Positions 1-9,081 of a stretch of 64,000 nt of DNA are shown here, one piece after another. The stretch's first letter is position 1. Each line of letters begins with the position of its first letter. The notes under the pieces are model-generated. The model saw only the letters and a list, made by a program, of their open reading frames with translations, did no database searches and was not told where the DNA came from. Made by a program: the position numbers and the translations under genes. This DNA comes from a virus. The stretch lies in IMG/VR virus record IMGVR_UViG_3300008116_000004; one strand, written 5' to 3'.

Positions 1-633
1 ATTAAGTGCATAACCTACTGTTACTGAATCTCCAGTAGAAGTCCAGCTCTTGTCATATGAACGAGCTGCTGAAATGTTTACTGATTGATCCTTAGCAAAC
101 TTGTAAGTCAAGCCTGTACCAACTTGTTGTGACTCATAGCTGTAAGCAGCATCGAATGAGTTACGATAACGATAGTTGGCAGCATTGATAACAATGTTAT
201 CAGTAAGACTGTAGTCCATACCTGCACGAAGTGCATAGTAGCCATAATTGGCACCACTGGTAAATCTTTGACCAATGCCTGCACCAGCCTTAGCAGTAAA
301 ACCAGCAAAAACTGGAAGCTTATAGCCAGCTTGTGCTTCAATAGTCTGCTTCAATGCTCCGGCATCAGCTGCCTGTGATGTTCCAGCAGCAACGCCTGCT
401 GAAAAGCCACCGCCGAGATTACGTGAGTATGCTACAGAATAGTTAGTAGCAGTTGACTTGCTATATTCACCTGTGTTATAGTCGAAACCATATCCAGCTG
501 AAATCGTATTGTCTGCAGATGCTGCAGGTGCTGCTGCAGTTGCTGCAGGAGCGGCCTTCTTATTAGGAAGGTCTGTAGCATATGCGCCAGTTGCAAAAGC
601 AATAGCGGCTGCAGTAATAAGTAGCTTCTTCAT
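1..633 (-). CDS. Outer-membrane beta-barrel protein (Omp25/RopB-like porin), 3' end outside window; absent from ORF track
   Basis: Manual translation MKKLLITAAAIAFATGAYATDLPNKKAAPAA... gives a signal peptide, a 'DLP' motif typical of rhizobial OMPs, and amphipathic Tyr/Gly-rich strands; GGAG RBS; open to position 1. Confidence 0.75.
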   Translation of the reverse strand, partial: MKKLLITAAAIAFATGAYATDLPNKKAAPAATAAAPAASADNTISAGYGFDYNTGEYSKSTATNYSVAYSRNLGGGFSAGVAAGTSQAADAGALKQTIEAQAGYKLPVFAGFTAKAGAGIGQRFTSGANYGYYALRAGMDYSLTDNIVINAANYRYRNSFDAAYSYESQQVGTGLTYKFAKDQSVNISAARSYDKSWTSTGDSVTVGYALN

Positions 634-660
634 TAATTACTCCTTGGTTAAAGTTATGGG

Positions 661-1158
661 TTAGCCTTCAACAATTAAATTATGTCCAGTGAGCTTTTCT
701 TGTCTCGTCCACTGGATTACTAACCCGATTGCACGTCCGTGGGCTTCGATTTCCCATGGCGTATCCCAATAATCGACCTTTGCAGTATCAACGTATTTGC
801 CGTTGAACTTGTAGACCTTCGGTCTACTACAAAGCTCGTAGTACTCTCCTTTAGCCCATTGCTTGACGTGTACTAGCTCATGAGCTAAGGTATTTAGCAG
901 AAGAGATATCTTTTGATTAGGATCTATTTGTATAGTAAACTCACGAGAATTGCGATGGGTATCTTCCCATATACAATTTCCGTACTGATTTTGATTTTTA
1001 AACAAGTCTTTCTTAAAATGTATGTCAATAATTAACTTATCACGCATATATTTTGTAAAAAACTTCTTAAGGACAAAATTAGTAAGACTCTTTAACTTAC
1101 TATAATCACTCTTAGAAACATACTTAGCATTATGAAACTTAATCATGAATACCTCCAA
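661..1158 (-). CDS. Putative zinc metallopeptidase (HExxH)
   Basis: AHELVHVKQ motif and downstream PWEIEA. Confidence 0.6.
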   Translation of the reverse strand: MEVFMIKFHNAKYVSKSDYSKLKSLTNFVLKKFFTKYMRDKLIIDIHFKKDLFKNQNQYGNCIWEDTHRNSREFTIQIDPNQKISLLLNTLAHELVHVKQWAKGEYYELCSRPKVYKFNGKYVDTAKVDYWDTPWEIEAHGRAIGLVIQWTRQEKLTGHNLIVEG

Positions 1159-1176
1159 TAACTAATATTAGTATGT

Positions 1177-1842
1177 TCAGTTATTAAAATCAATAAGATT
1201 ATCTAGTGAAGGATATATTTTTATAAGTTCGTTCCAGCATTCTAATGCTATAAGTTGATGTTCTTTCTGGGTACCATTTGCACATCTTAACTGACAATAA
1301 TGTATCCAAGAACGCACAGAACCAGCCATATAGAGACGACTAACAGTAAGTCCTTCTGGGAGTACTGCTCTTGCTTGTTCTTTTGCAATTCCGTTATCGA
1401 TTGCCCATTTGTATGCAATGTTTGCTGCATCAATGACGTATTGTTGTCGCCCTGTCCATTGAAATGATAGGTCGTCGTTGTTTGCTTCAATTGAGTTTTG
1501 TCTGTTTTTTGTATCTTGGAGACGGGCTTCACGGACTGTGAATCCGAGATCATCGGTCGGATCTGCATATCTTTGCGAGAATTCCTGGAAAGAAAATGAA
1601 CGGTGTCGTAAAATTTGTCTAGCGATATCACGAGTCGTATTAATCTCCATAGTAACATGAGCCATCTCAAAAGGTGACCAATGTTTATGTTTTACCAAAT
1701 ACTTAAGAAGACGATCTGATGTTTCTGTATTATGTTGATTTGATGGGTTAGAGACTCTTGCAACATATGCAATGAAATCACTAGGATTCATAGTATTGTT
1801 TTCGTCAGCAAGTTGGGTGTACGCTACTACTTTTACTGACAT
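1177..1842 (-). CDS. thyX: FAD-dependent thymidylate synthase
   Basis: RHRSFSFQEFSQRY ThyX signature; HWSPFEM. Confidence 0.95.
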   Translation of the reverse strand: MSVKVVAYTQLADENNTMNPSDFIAYVARVSNPSNQHNTETSDRLLKYLVKHKHWSPFEMAHVTMEINTTRDIARQILRHRSFSFQEFSQRYADPTDDLGFTVREARLQDTKNRQNSIEANNDDLSFQWTGRQQYVIDAANIAYKWAIDNGIAKEQARAVLPEGLTVSRLYMAGSVRSWIHYCQLRCANGTQKEHQLIALECWNELIKIYPSLDNLIDFNN

Positions 1843-1843
1843 A

Positions 1844-2122
1844 TCAGTCTCTCAAAAAGTCATAAGACTTAATCATGATAGATTCTTTAACTGGATAAAA
1901 GTCATTACCATTCACACCCTGCATAATATAATCACCATAGTATGCCTTCATTGCACCCTCAAGAGTCATAATTAACACACAAGGTTCATCATCACGATCG
2001 AGATGAGTAATAAATGCTTTATTATCAGACCATTTACGCAATTCCTCATCTGTTAGTTCAGGAGTAAATTGTATTGCTTTTTGAATAAATGGTTTCTTTT
2101 TTACAATATATTCATGAATCAT
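1844..2122 (-). CDS. Small phage protein, KKP...TLEG...GDYI family (possible nucleotide-signal sponge)
   Basis: KKKPFIQKAIQF...TLEGAMKAYYGDYIMQGVNGNDFYP pattern. Confidence 0.5.
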   Translation of the reverse strand: MIHEYIVKKKPFIQKAIQFTPELTDEELRKWSDNKAFITHLDRDDEPCVLIMTLEGAMKAYYGDYIMQGVNGNDFYPVKESIMIKSYDFLRD

Positions 2123-2333
2123 TTTTAATACTCTCAATCATTTTAACTACATCTTTAGGAGATTGTTCTACTTCCCATTGAACACCAGTATATCCACCAA
2201 ATACAAATGTCTTAAGACTACCACCTGGTTGAGGTGCTGCATCATAGACTGCTGTAATATGATCAACATTAATGTAGATTGGATTACCTTTGTGTGCTTC
2301 TACATCATTAGTCAATCTAATAAATTTTGCCAT
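2112..2333 (-). CDS. FlbD-like small protein
   Basis: FIRLT...PIYINVDHITAV...VEQSPKDV resembles the FlbD family pattern. Confidence 0.45.
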   Translation of the reverse strand: MAKFIRLTNDVEAHKGNPIYINVDHITAVYDAAPQPGGSLKTFVFGGYTGVQWEVEQSPKDVVKMIESIKNDS

Positions 2334-2361
2334 AATATATCCTTTGTTAATAAAATGGTAA

Positions 2362-2444
2362 TGGTAGGCGCGGCCGGACTTGAACCGGCAAGCCGAAGCA
2401 ACGAATTTTAAGTCCGTCGAGTTTACCTATTTCTCCACGCGCCC
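2362..2444 (-). tRNA. tRNA-Leu(UAA)
   Basis: Cloverleaf, anticodon loop CTTAAAA, long variable arm, encoded CCA. Confidence 0.95.
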
Positions 2445-2446
2445 AT

Positions 2447-2523
2447 TGGCGATCACGCCTGGACTCGAACCAGGACTCTGCCGCTTAGAAGGCGGCTGCT
2501 TTGTCCAGTTAAGCTACGTGACC
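2447..2523 (-). tRNA. tRNA-Arg(UCU)
   Basis: GCCGC-CTTCTAA-GCGGC anticodon arm, TTCGA loop, CCA. Confidence 0.95.
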
Positions 2524-2526
2524 ATC

Positions 2527-2820
2527 TCAATAAAGATTAATGTTTAATTTTTCACGAAAGTATTTTTTAAGTTCTTTTTCAAAGAACTCTGGTGAAGTTG
2601 TCATATAAGTTGTATATAGTTTTGTAATATCGTCATCTTTATGATGAAGTTTACCGTATACAGTATAGCCTCGTTCTTGAACTATATCAATAAGATCTTG
2701 ATCTTTTGTACCCGGTTCATAAACAACAAAGCCACGACTTTTAAGCTCATCTACTAGATCATAGTCATCAATATCATCTAAGTCAAAATCAACATCAACT
2801 GTTTGTGTAATAGTTGGCAT
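2527..2820 (-). CDS. Hypothetical protein
   Basis: ORF in operon context, acidic N-terminus. Confidence 0.6.
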   Translation of the reverse strand: MPTITQTVDVDFDLDDIDDYDLVDELKSRGFVVYEPGTKDQDLIDIVQERGYTVYGKLHHKDDDITKLYTTYMTTSPEFFEKELKKYFREKLNINLY

Positions 2821-2978
2821 ATCACTTGTACCTTTTGTTTATCTCATCAATCCTAATATTAAGATACTCTATAATGAAATCTTTTGCAACTGATTTTTCA
2901 AAGTATATCTTGGCATAGTTAAGTTCATCAACAAAGGCAGCTTTTTTCATCTGATCTACTGAATAATTATAAGGCAGA

Positions 2979-3548
2979 TCAGTCCCAGAGTGCCTCAAAG
3001 TACTTGCCGAAAAGCCTAAATCCGTTTGATTTTCTTGCATTCCACTTCTCCCAGCCTTCTTTGTCAAACTTATGTGTATGATTAGGACCTTCTACCATTT
3101 CCCAATAATGTTCTTTCTTGGGTTTAGACTCTGGTGTTTCACCCATCTTATATAAAGTTTCGTCTAATACATTACCTTCAATATCCACTTTTCTCCAGAG
3201 TATATCTGTTTCACCTGTATGAAACTGATCATCTGCTCTATCATCAATCTTTTGTGCAAATGCCCAGATCATCTCATCAAGCACCCAATCCCAACGTTTA
3301 TGAAAATTATCATCAGTATCATATTCGTTCTTTTTAGGAGGTGCAGATGAAGAACGAAGTTCTTCTGGGACATCCTCGTCATCGACTAATGGTGCACCAT
3401 GCTTTGTTGCTTGAAGCTGAACAAGTAAAGGGTGAATGATAATAGAAAGAGTATGATCCATTGACCATGTATCCCACTTATCAATCTGAATTTTTATCTT
3501 ACGTTCAGCACCAAATTTTCTAGGGTATTTTCCAAGTGATACTTTCAT
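2979..3548 (-). CDS. Conserved T4-like phage hypothetical protein
   Basis: WDTWSMDHTL...RWDWVLDEMIWAF...GFRLFGKYFEALWD motifs. Confidence 0.65.
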   Translation of the reverse strand: MKVSLGKYPRKFGAERKIKIQIDKWDTWSMDHTLSIIIHPLLVQLQATKHGAPLVDDEDVPEELRSSSAPPKKNEYDTDDNFHKRWDWVLDEMIWAFAQKIDDRADDQFHTGETDILWRKVDIEGNVLDETLYKMGETPESKPKKEHYWEMVEGPNHTHKFDKEGWEKWNARKSNGFRLFGKYFEALWD

Positions 3549-4327
3549 CAGAATACAATCCACCCGTTTTCTTCATCTATCATATACTTGTCGGTATTCT
3601 TCAACCCCTTGATAAAACCATTAGGAGGGATCATATTATATCTAGCAGTTTTATCATCTGGTTGTGTATGAGATTTCTTTTGTTCTACTGGTACAATAAC
3701 TGGTGCAGGATCTACAACATACATCGGCATCCTAAAAAGATTACGAACACCCATAATATGATCGATAGAAAGACCTAAGATATGATAACCTTGATTTTTT
3801 TGTTCATTATAATTTAAGAGAGTTTGTAGGCAGTTTCTTGCTGTATTAGGAGTTATTGCATAAGCATGCGTGCCTTCAAATTTTTCTATCTGTACTCTTG
3901 TAAATGGTTCATCGATACATTCATAGTCATCTCTATGATCAACTCTGTAACCTAAAAACAACCATTCATTATCTTGTACATCTGCATCTAAAAAGTTACG
4001 CTTAACAATAGCATCGTGCTCAAATACTGCTACTGCTCCTGTATGTTCTGATGCAATCTTTTTCCATATAGAAAGGTGGCCTGTCAGACACAATTGTTCT
4101 TTAAACCATATATTAAGAACATCGTTTGTTGCTTCATGACCGTCAACTCGAGGATCTACTTTAAATCCCCAGTTGTCATATATTTCTTTTGTTGTGGTAG
4201 GAAGTTTCATACCTTTAAAAGGTGTAACAGGGATGCCATGCTCTTCACAAGATTTCTTACACTCCTCCATATACTTTATAGCATCAGGAGTATCAATGTA
4301 TAAAATATAAGCATGCTCAATTTTCAT
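3548..4327 (-). CDS. Glycosyltransferase family 25-like
   Basis: CLTGHLSIWKKI, VFEHDA and GTHAYAITP motifs. Confidence 0.7.
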   Translation of the reverse strand: MKIEHAYILYIDTPDAIKYMEECKKSCEEHGIPVTPFKGMKLPTTTKEIYDNWGFKVDPRVDGHEATNDVLNIWFKEQLCLTGHLSIWKKIASEHTGAVAVFEHDAIVKRNFLDADVQDNEWLFLGYRVDHRDDYECIDEPFTRVQIEKFEGTHAYAITPNTARNCLQTLLNYNEQKNQGYHILGLSIDHIMGVRNLFRMPMYVVDPAPVIVPVEQKKSHTQPDDKTARYNMIPPNGFIKGLKNTDKYMIDEENGWIVF

Positions 4328-4345
4328 AGGTCACCTATTATAAAA

Positions 4346-4420
4346 TGGTTGCGGGGGATGGAGTTGAACCACCGACCTTCGGATTATGAGTCCGACGCTC
4401 TTCCTCTGCGCTACCCCGCG
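4346..4420 (-). tRNA. Initiator tRNA-fMet(CAU)
   Basis: CGCGGGG 5' end with C1:A72 mismatch, CAT anticodon, CCA. Confidence 0.9.
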
Positions 4421-4618
4421 TCAACTTTGTTTATGTGATCTCTTGTACCACTTACACCAGCCTTCAGGATCAATATCACCTGCTACTGCTGTACACTTAT
4501 TAGGTTCTCTCCACATTGTGCAATTTTTACAAATTTGCCCTTCATGTGGGTGTGCTTGATAACTAGCTTCTTGTTTAGATGCTTTTTCTTCGTTAAGAAA
4601 TTCTGTAAAGCTTTTCAT
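4421..4618 (-). CDS. HiPIP-like 4Fe-4S protein with capsid-targeting-like N-terminus
   Basis: YQ..P...CKNC...C..VAGDIDPEGWCKWY HiPIP pattern; N-terminus MKSFTEFLNE. Confidence 0.75.
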   Translation of the reverse strand: MKSFTEFLNEEKASKQEASYQAHPHEGQICKNCTMWREPNKCTAVAGDIDPEGWCKWYKRSHKQS

Positions 4619-4980
4619 TAAGCATCTCTTGAAATATAATGCATACGAACTTTTTCTGGCTTAAAATATTTGTCTACTGTTTCAATTACTGTATCATTAT
4701 TAAACGGTTTACATGAAAAAACATCAATATAAAAATTACCGTTTGACTCAACAAAATGACCTGTAATGTTTGATGTCTCAATCATCTGGCAAAAAGAAAT
4801 ACCTGACTTAGAAAGATCATGAGTAGCGAAACGTTCAATCCAAGGTTCACCGAAGGCAACCATATCGATAGCAACTACTAGTTCCTTAATAAACTTATAG
4901 ACGTTATCTTTAGAACTAATTAGTTCTTTATCACCATTTGTACAATCAAGTAAAAGATGGTAGCCCCATGTATCTTTCAT
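4618..4980 (-). CDS. speD: S-adenosylmethionine decarboxylase proenzyme
   Basis: WGYHLLLDC, IETSNITGHF and YIDVFSCKPF motifs. Confidence 0.85.
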   Translation of the reverse strand: MKDTWGYHLLLDCTNGDKELISSKDNVYKFIKELVVAIDMVAFGEPWIERFATHDLSKSGISFCQMIETSNITGHFVESNGNFYIDVFSCKPFNNDTVIETVDKYFKPEKVRMHYISRDA

Positions 4981-5019
4981 TCTGGTTTCCTTTTCTGGGT
5001 AAATGTAAAACATTATTTA

Positions 5020-5532
5020 TTACCCTGCTTTCTTAACAGGTCTACGAATATCAACTACTTGACTGGCTGGGTAAGAAGATATTTTAACTGAATCATCTTG
5101 ATTACCACCTAATAATTGAATATACTTTTCACCATTCTCAACATGATAACCATAAAAGAATGCAACATGTCTACCACTACCACCTGTTCTTCTAAGAAGA
5201 ACTATATCACCTGGTTGTGGTTCTTTTACCTTACTACCGTAGTTATGATAACTAGATGCTAACAAACTATTAGTAGAGTGATAACCTGTTTGTTCTAATA
5301 CAAAATTAATAAACCCAGCACACCAAGGCGTCTGCACCGGGTCTATCTCTAAAATTTCTTTTAGCTCTTTTCTATTCTTTCTAGCTTCGTAGCCATTGTA
5401 TCCCATGGCTACCTTTAATATATCTGGCTGCTTAGCAAACATACCGTTGAAATCAACAGAGAATGTTAATTCAAATGCTAACGCCTTGACAGGTAACAGA
5501 CATATGAGTAGAGTTGCTAGAAATTTTTTCAT
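5020..5532 (-). CDS. Secreted NlpC/P60-like peptidoglycan peptidase (TIGR02594-like)
   Basis: Signal peptide; PWCAGF, HVAF, LLGGNQ. Confidence 0.8.
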   Translation of the reverse strand: MKKFLATLLICLLPVKALAFELTFSVDFNGMFAKQPDILKVAMGYNGYEARKNRKELKEILEIDPVQTPWCAGFINFVLEQTGYHSTNSLLASSYHNYGSKVKEPQPGDIVLLRRTGGSGRHVAFFYGYHVENGEKYIQLLGGNQDDSVKISSYPASQVVDIRRPVKKAG

Positions 5533-5978
5533 TGTAAATGGGTAAGCATTTTTCTGCAGTATGCGGTCTTATTCGATCTTGGAACCTGACCACTGCTATA
5601 AAACGATGCTGCTTTGCAGATATCGTTGTTCGTTCTATCCAAAGCATAACGAAGATATGCCATGCTATACTCTAAGTTAACTTCAGGCTTGTAAAGTTCA
5701 GTACACTTACCCTTAAATCCCTCTGACTTCGCGGTACCACAGCGAATTTGACCAAGGCCAATTTCACCTAGTTTACCGGTAGCATTGGGATCATAATTTG
5801 ATTCCAGACTGACAATAGCATGCGCTAAGTCTTTTGGAACATTATGTCTTTCTGCGATTATATCTACTAGTAATTGTATATCCGATTTATTAAACGATGT
5901 ATTTTTCGATGTATTAGCGCCGTATGATGCAGAAGACATACTAACCCCTATTACGAGGGCTAATAGTACTTTCTTCAT
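5529..5978 (-). CDS. Lytic transglycosylase (SLT domain), secreted
   Basis: AIVSLESNYDPNA, GLGQI, NLEYSMAYL; signal peptide. Confidence 0.85.
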   Translation of the reverse strand: MKKVLLALVIGVSMSSASYGANTSKNTSFNKSDIQLLVDIIAERHNVPKDLAHAIVSLESNYDPNATGKLGEIGLGQIRCGTAKSEGFKGKCTELYKPEVNLEYSMAYLRYALDRTNNDICKAASFYSSGQVPRSNKTAYCRKMLTHLQ

Positions 5979-6063
5979 TTTTCTTCCTTTGGTTGACACA
6001 AAGGCTTCTAACCTTGTGCTTCTCGTGCTAGAAGGAGCACGATTGAATATTTATTTTATTTGA

Positions 6064-6831
6064 TTATTGTAAAGACGGCCACTGTTTCTTATCTGGATCA
6101 GTATTTTCAAGTACTTTAAGATCACCAGGAATCAATGGACTGAAGTCAATTTTTGTTTCTTGTTCTACTTTCTGAACAGAAACTACGTATTTTGGAAGAT
6201 CTTTAACTTCCAACTTTTCATTAGGAAAGATAAACGCAATCATTTTTTTATTAGTAGGATCAATAATAACTTTAAAGAGTCTTGTAGGTACTGCTACTTT
6301 ATTAGTACCAATAGTCTTATATCCGTTATCGTAAATAGAACCTTGAATAACATACAAGTCAGCACCTGACACAACCCAGTTACGTACGAATACTTCTAGC
6401 TGTTTCCAGATACCTCTGTTGTTGCCTGGATTCTGAGGTACCATATTTGAAAGAAGAAACGATTCAGACATGGCTTGTTTGTTAGCACCGTTATTAGCAG
6501 CTGGACTCATATGGCCACGATCATATCCTGCACCATTATAGTCTTGTAATGTTGACTGATGTTCTGGTTTAATTTCAGGATCTGGTCTAAAGTCTTCTGT
6601 GCGAGGTTCTTCACCAATACGATCTTTAGATACGTGTTCGGCAACATAAAGAGGATTCTTATATACTGTACTATAAGCCACTGCATAACTTGAACGACAT
6701 AGATACTGAATATTTTCTTTTACTAATGGTTCAGGTGCACCCCATTTAACATGTTGTGGACACTTATCGTCAATGGGGTTAGCAAATGCTAATGTTGGAA
6801 AAAATAGTAAAGCTAATAATAACTTTTTCAT
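6064..6831 (-). CDS. DNA/RNA non-specific endonuclease (NucA/EndA family) with signal peptide
   Basis: YDRGHMSPA, SFLLSNMVPQ, NRGIWKQLE; MKKLLLALLFFPTLAFA signal. Confidence 0.9.
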   Translation of the reverse strand: MKKLLLALLFFPTLAFANPIDDKCPQHVKWGAPEPLVKENIQYLCRSSYAVAYSTVYKNPLYVAEHVSKDRIGEEPRTEDFRPDPEIKPEHQSTLQDYNGAGYDRGHMSPAANNGANKQAMSESFLLSNMVPQNPGNNRGIWKQLEVFVRNWVVSGADLYVIQGSIYDNGYKTIGTNKVAVPTRLFKVIIDPTNKKMIAFIFPNEKLEVKDLPKYVVSVQKVEQETKIDFSPLIPGDLKVLENTDPDKKQWPSLQ

Positions 6832-6841
6832 CCTGTATTCC

Positions 6842-7876
6842 TTATGTAATCAGCCAATCTGGTCGGCTTAGTGTCCAATCGACAACTTGTTTAATTCGTT
6901 CAGTCAATTCAATCTTAGGTTCCCAACCCATTGCCTTCATTCTCTCGCCACTAAGAGCGTATCTGAGATCATGACCAGGACGAGATGAATGAAAGTCGAC
7001 CAATTCGTACTTCAATTCTTTACCCTGGCAATCAGCAATGATTTGAGCTAATTGTAGATTATTTATTTCTTGCTTTCCAACAATATTGAACTTAGGACAT
7101 TTAACACCACTTGTCGTAGTGTCATTAGGATCATTGTTTGTATCTGCATTATTAATTAAAAACATAATTGCATCTGCAACATCTACCGCATGAATATAAT
7201 GACGGCTTCCTGGAATTGTTTTTGATGCATCAGAATGTACAGTGATTGTTTCACCATCTCTGATCTTCTTAATGCATTTAGGAATATACTTTTCTGGATG
7301 TTGCCTTTCACCAAACACATTCATTGTATGAGTTACAATGATTGGTAATTTGTAAGTGTTATGATAAGCTACTGCAAGTTCTTCACCACCAGCTTTTGTT
7401 GCTGAATATGGGTTAGTAGAATTGTAACGATCATACTCATCATAGTTTACACCTTTAGGTGCAGGACCAAACACTTCATCAGTCGAGAAGTAAATAAACT
7501 TTTCTAATGATCCATTACATCCTCTAGCATATTCTAAGATATTACATGTTGCCACAACATTATCAAGAACAAACTCCATGGGATAATCAATAGACCTATC
7601 CACATGACTACCAGCGGCCAGATGAACAATAATGTCAACTGGGCCAATACGGGAAGCAGTGAGAGGAGTAATAGCTGCCTTGAGGTCATGATATACAACC
7701 TTAACTCTATGTTTGTGAGGGTTATCTTTTACTAGATCATGTAGACGATTTAAGTTACCTGAAAAATCTAGACGATCTAGAGTAACTATATTCCAATCAG
7801 TATTATTTAAAAAATAATTTACAACATGATGAGCTACAAAACCAGCACCACCAGTAATTAAAACATTCTTACTCAT
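6842..7876 (-). CDS. NAD-dependent dTDP-glucose 4,6-dehydratase-like epimerase
   Basis: TGGAGFVA, HLAAGSHVDRS, STDEVFG, YSATK. Confidence 0.9.
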   Translation of the reverse strand: MSKNVLITGGAGFVAHHVVNYFLNNTDWNIVTLDRLDFSGNLNRLHDLVKDNPHKHRVKVVYHDLKAAITPLTASRIGPVDIIVHLAAGSHVDRSIDYPMEFVLDNVVATCNILEYARGCNGSLEKFIYFSTDEVFGPAPKGVNYDEYDRYNSTNPYSATKAGGEELAVAYHNTYKLPIIVTHTMNVFGERQHPEKYIPKCIKKIRDGETITVHSDASKTIPGSRHYIHAVDVADAIMFLINNADTNNDPNDTTTSGVKCPKFNIVGKQEINNLQLAQIIADCQGKELKYELVDFHSSRPGHDLRYALSGERMKAMGWEPKIELTERIKQVVDWTLSRPDWLIT

Positions 7877-8460
7877 AATTTTACCTCATATAACCAACTA
7901 TCCCAACCAATATTATCATATACTTTAATATTATCTTTACCAAAAATTTCATTCACTGCTATGTATACACCATGATCAGGATGGTCAGGAGGTGATGCAT
8001 AATCATGACCACCTATAAACCCACTCTTTTTAATTTTAGGTAACCATGCAAGCAAATCTTTTTTTACATTTTCATACTTATGAGATGCATCTATAAAAAC
8101 AAAATCAACTGAGTTGTCCTTAAACAATTTAGCTGCCTGCACACTATGTTTCTTGTATGTTGTAATATGATCTTTTATAGGTTTTATATTGGAAAGATAT
8201 TCTTCATATAATGTATTATCTTTTATTGAATTGTTTTCCATTATTTGTGGTTCACCTGGAGAACCTATAAAAGTATCAACAGCATAAAATTTAATATTTT
8301 TATTTTTATTGATAGACTCGACTACTGCATAACTAATTGATTTTCCTTTCCAAACTCCTACTTCTACGAAAATAGAATTATCAGAAAGTTTTTCTATCAT
8401 ATCATCATACAATTTTTCAAAGTTAAAAAAACCTTGAATATTATGATAAATGTGTTCCAT
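7873..8460 (-). CDS. Class I SAM methyltransferase (Methyltransf_24-like)
   Basis: VEVGVWKGKS, FVFIDASH, GGHDY. Confidence 0.85.
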   Translation of the reverse strand: MEHIYHNIQGFFNFEKLYDDMIEKLSDNSIFVEVGVWKGKSISYAVVESINKNKNIKFYAVDTFIGSPGEPQIMENNSIKDNTLYEEYLSNIKPIKDHITTYKKHSVQAAKLFKDNSVDFVFIDASHKYENVKKDLLAWLPKIKKSGFIGGHDYASPPDHPDHGVYIAVNEIFGKDNIKVYDNIGWDSWLYEVKL

Positions 8461-9071
8461 TATTCTGCAACAATAAATGCATTGCCAAACTGATGAGTTT
8501 TTGTCCAGTTACCTTTAAGGTGTCCCATCTGATAGTCAAAGAACTTGATTTTGAAACCAGCTTCACCAAGAGCCTTCAACCAAAACTCTTCAGGTTCTCT
8601 GATCACATGAGTGATGTCCATTTCGTATTGACGAATACGAAACTTTTTATTATCACCTAACGGTACAGCAACTAAAATATTTCTACAACGGATGCGAAAT
8701 GCTTTTAGGATACCTGGTAGCACATCATAAGGAACATGCTCTAGGACATCTTTAGCCATAATGAGATCATAGTTACCTTTAATATCATCTACACTATTAA
8801 TGATGCTAAGATAATCTTTTACTTCTGGCATACCTGCATTAACTGCGTATTCGGAAATATCTACACCGTAAGCTTCTTTGCCAAGAAGTCTCATGGCATA
8901 GACCATGAAGCCTTTTGCACAACCAAAGTCAAGCACTGTTTCAAAATTAACTTTTTCGATAATAGATGTAGCTTCACGAATTGTGCGCTCAGGCATCCAG
9001 CGATAGTTTTCATAACCACTAATGTGATTATTAATACCATCTTCATAATATTTTTCATCAAATATATTCAT
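8460..9071 (-). CDS. Class I SAM methyltransferase
   Basis: VLDFGCAKG, GVDIS, DVLEH. Confidence 0.85.
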   Translation of the reverse strand: MNIFDEKYYEDGINNHISGYENYRWMPERTIREATSIIEKVNFETVLDFGCAKGFMVYAMRLLGKEAYGVDISEYAVNAGMPEVKDYLSIINSVDDIKGNYDLIMAKDVLEHVPYDVLPGILKAFRIRCRNILVAVPLGDNKKFRIRQYEMDITHVIREPEEFWLKALGEAGFKIKFFDYQMGHLKGNWTKTHQFGNAFIVAE

Positions 9072-9081
9072 ATTAAAATCC

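Noticed and set aside
108-341. 77-aa ORF and other antisense or nested short ORFs in the track
   Set aside because: Out-of-frame or antisense shadows of longer recognisable genes (here the porin at 1-633).
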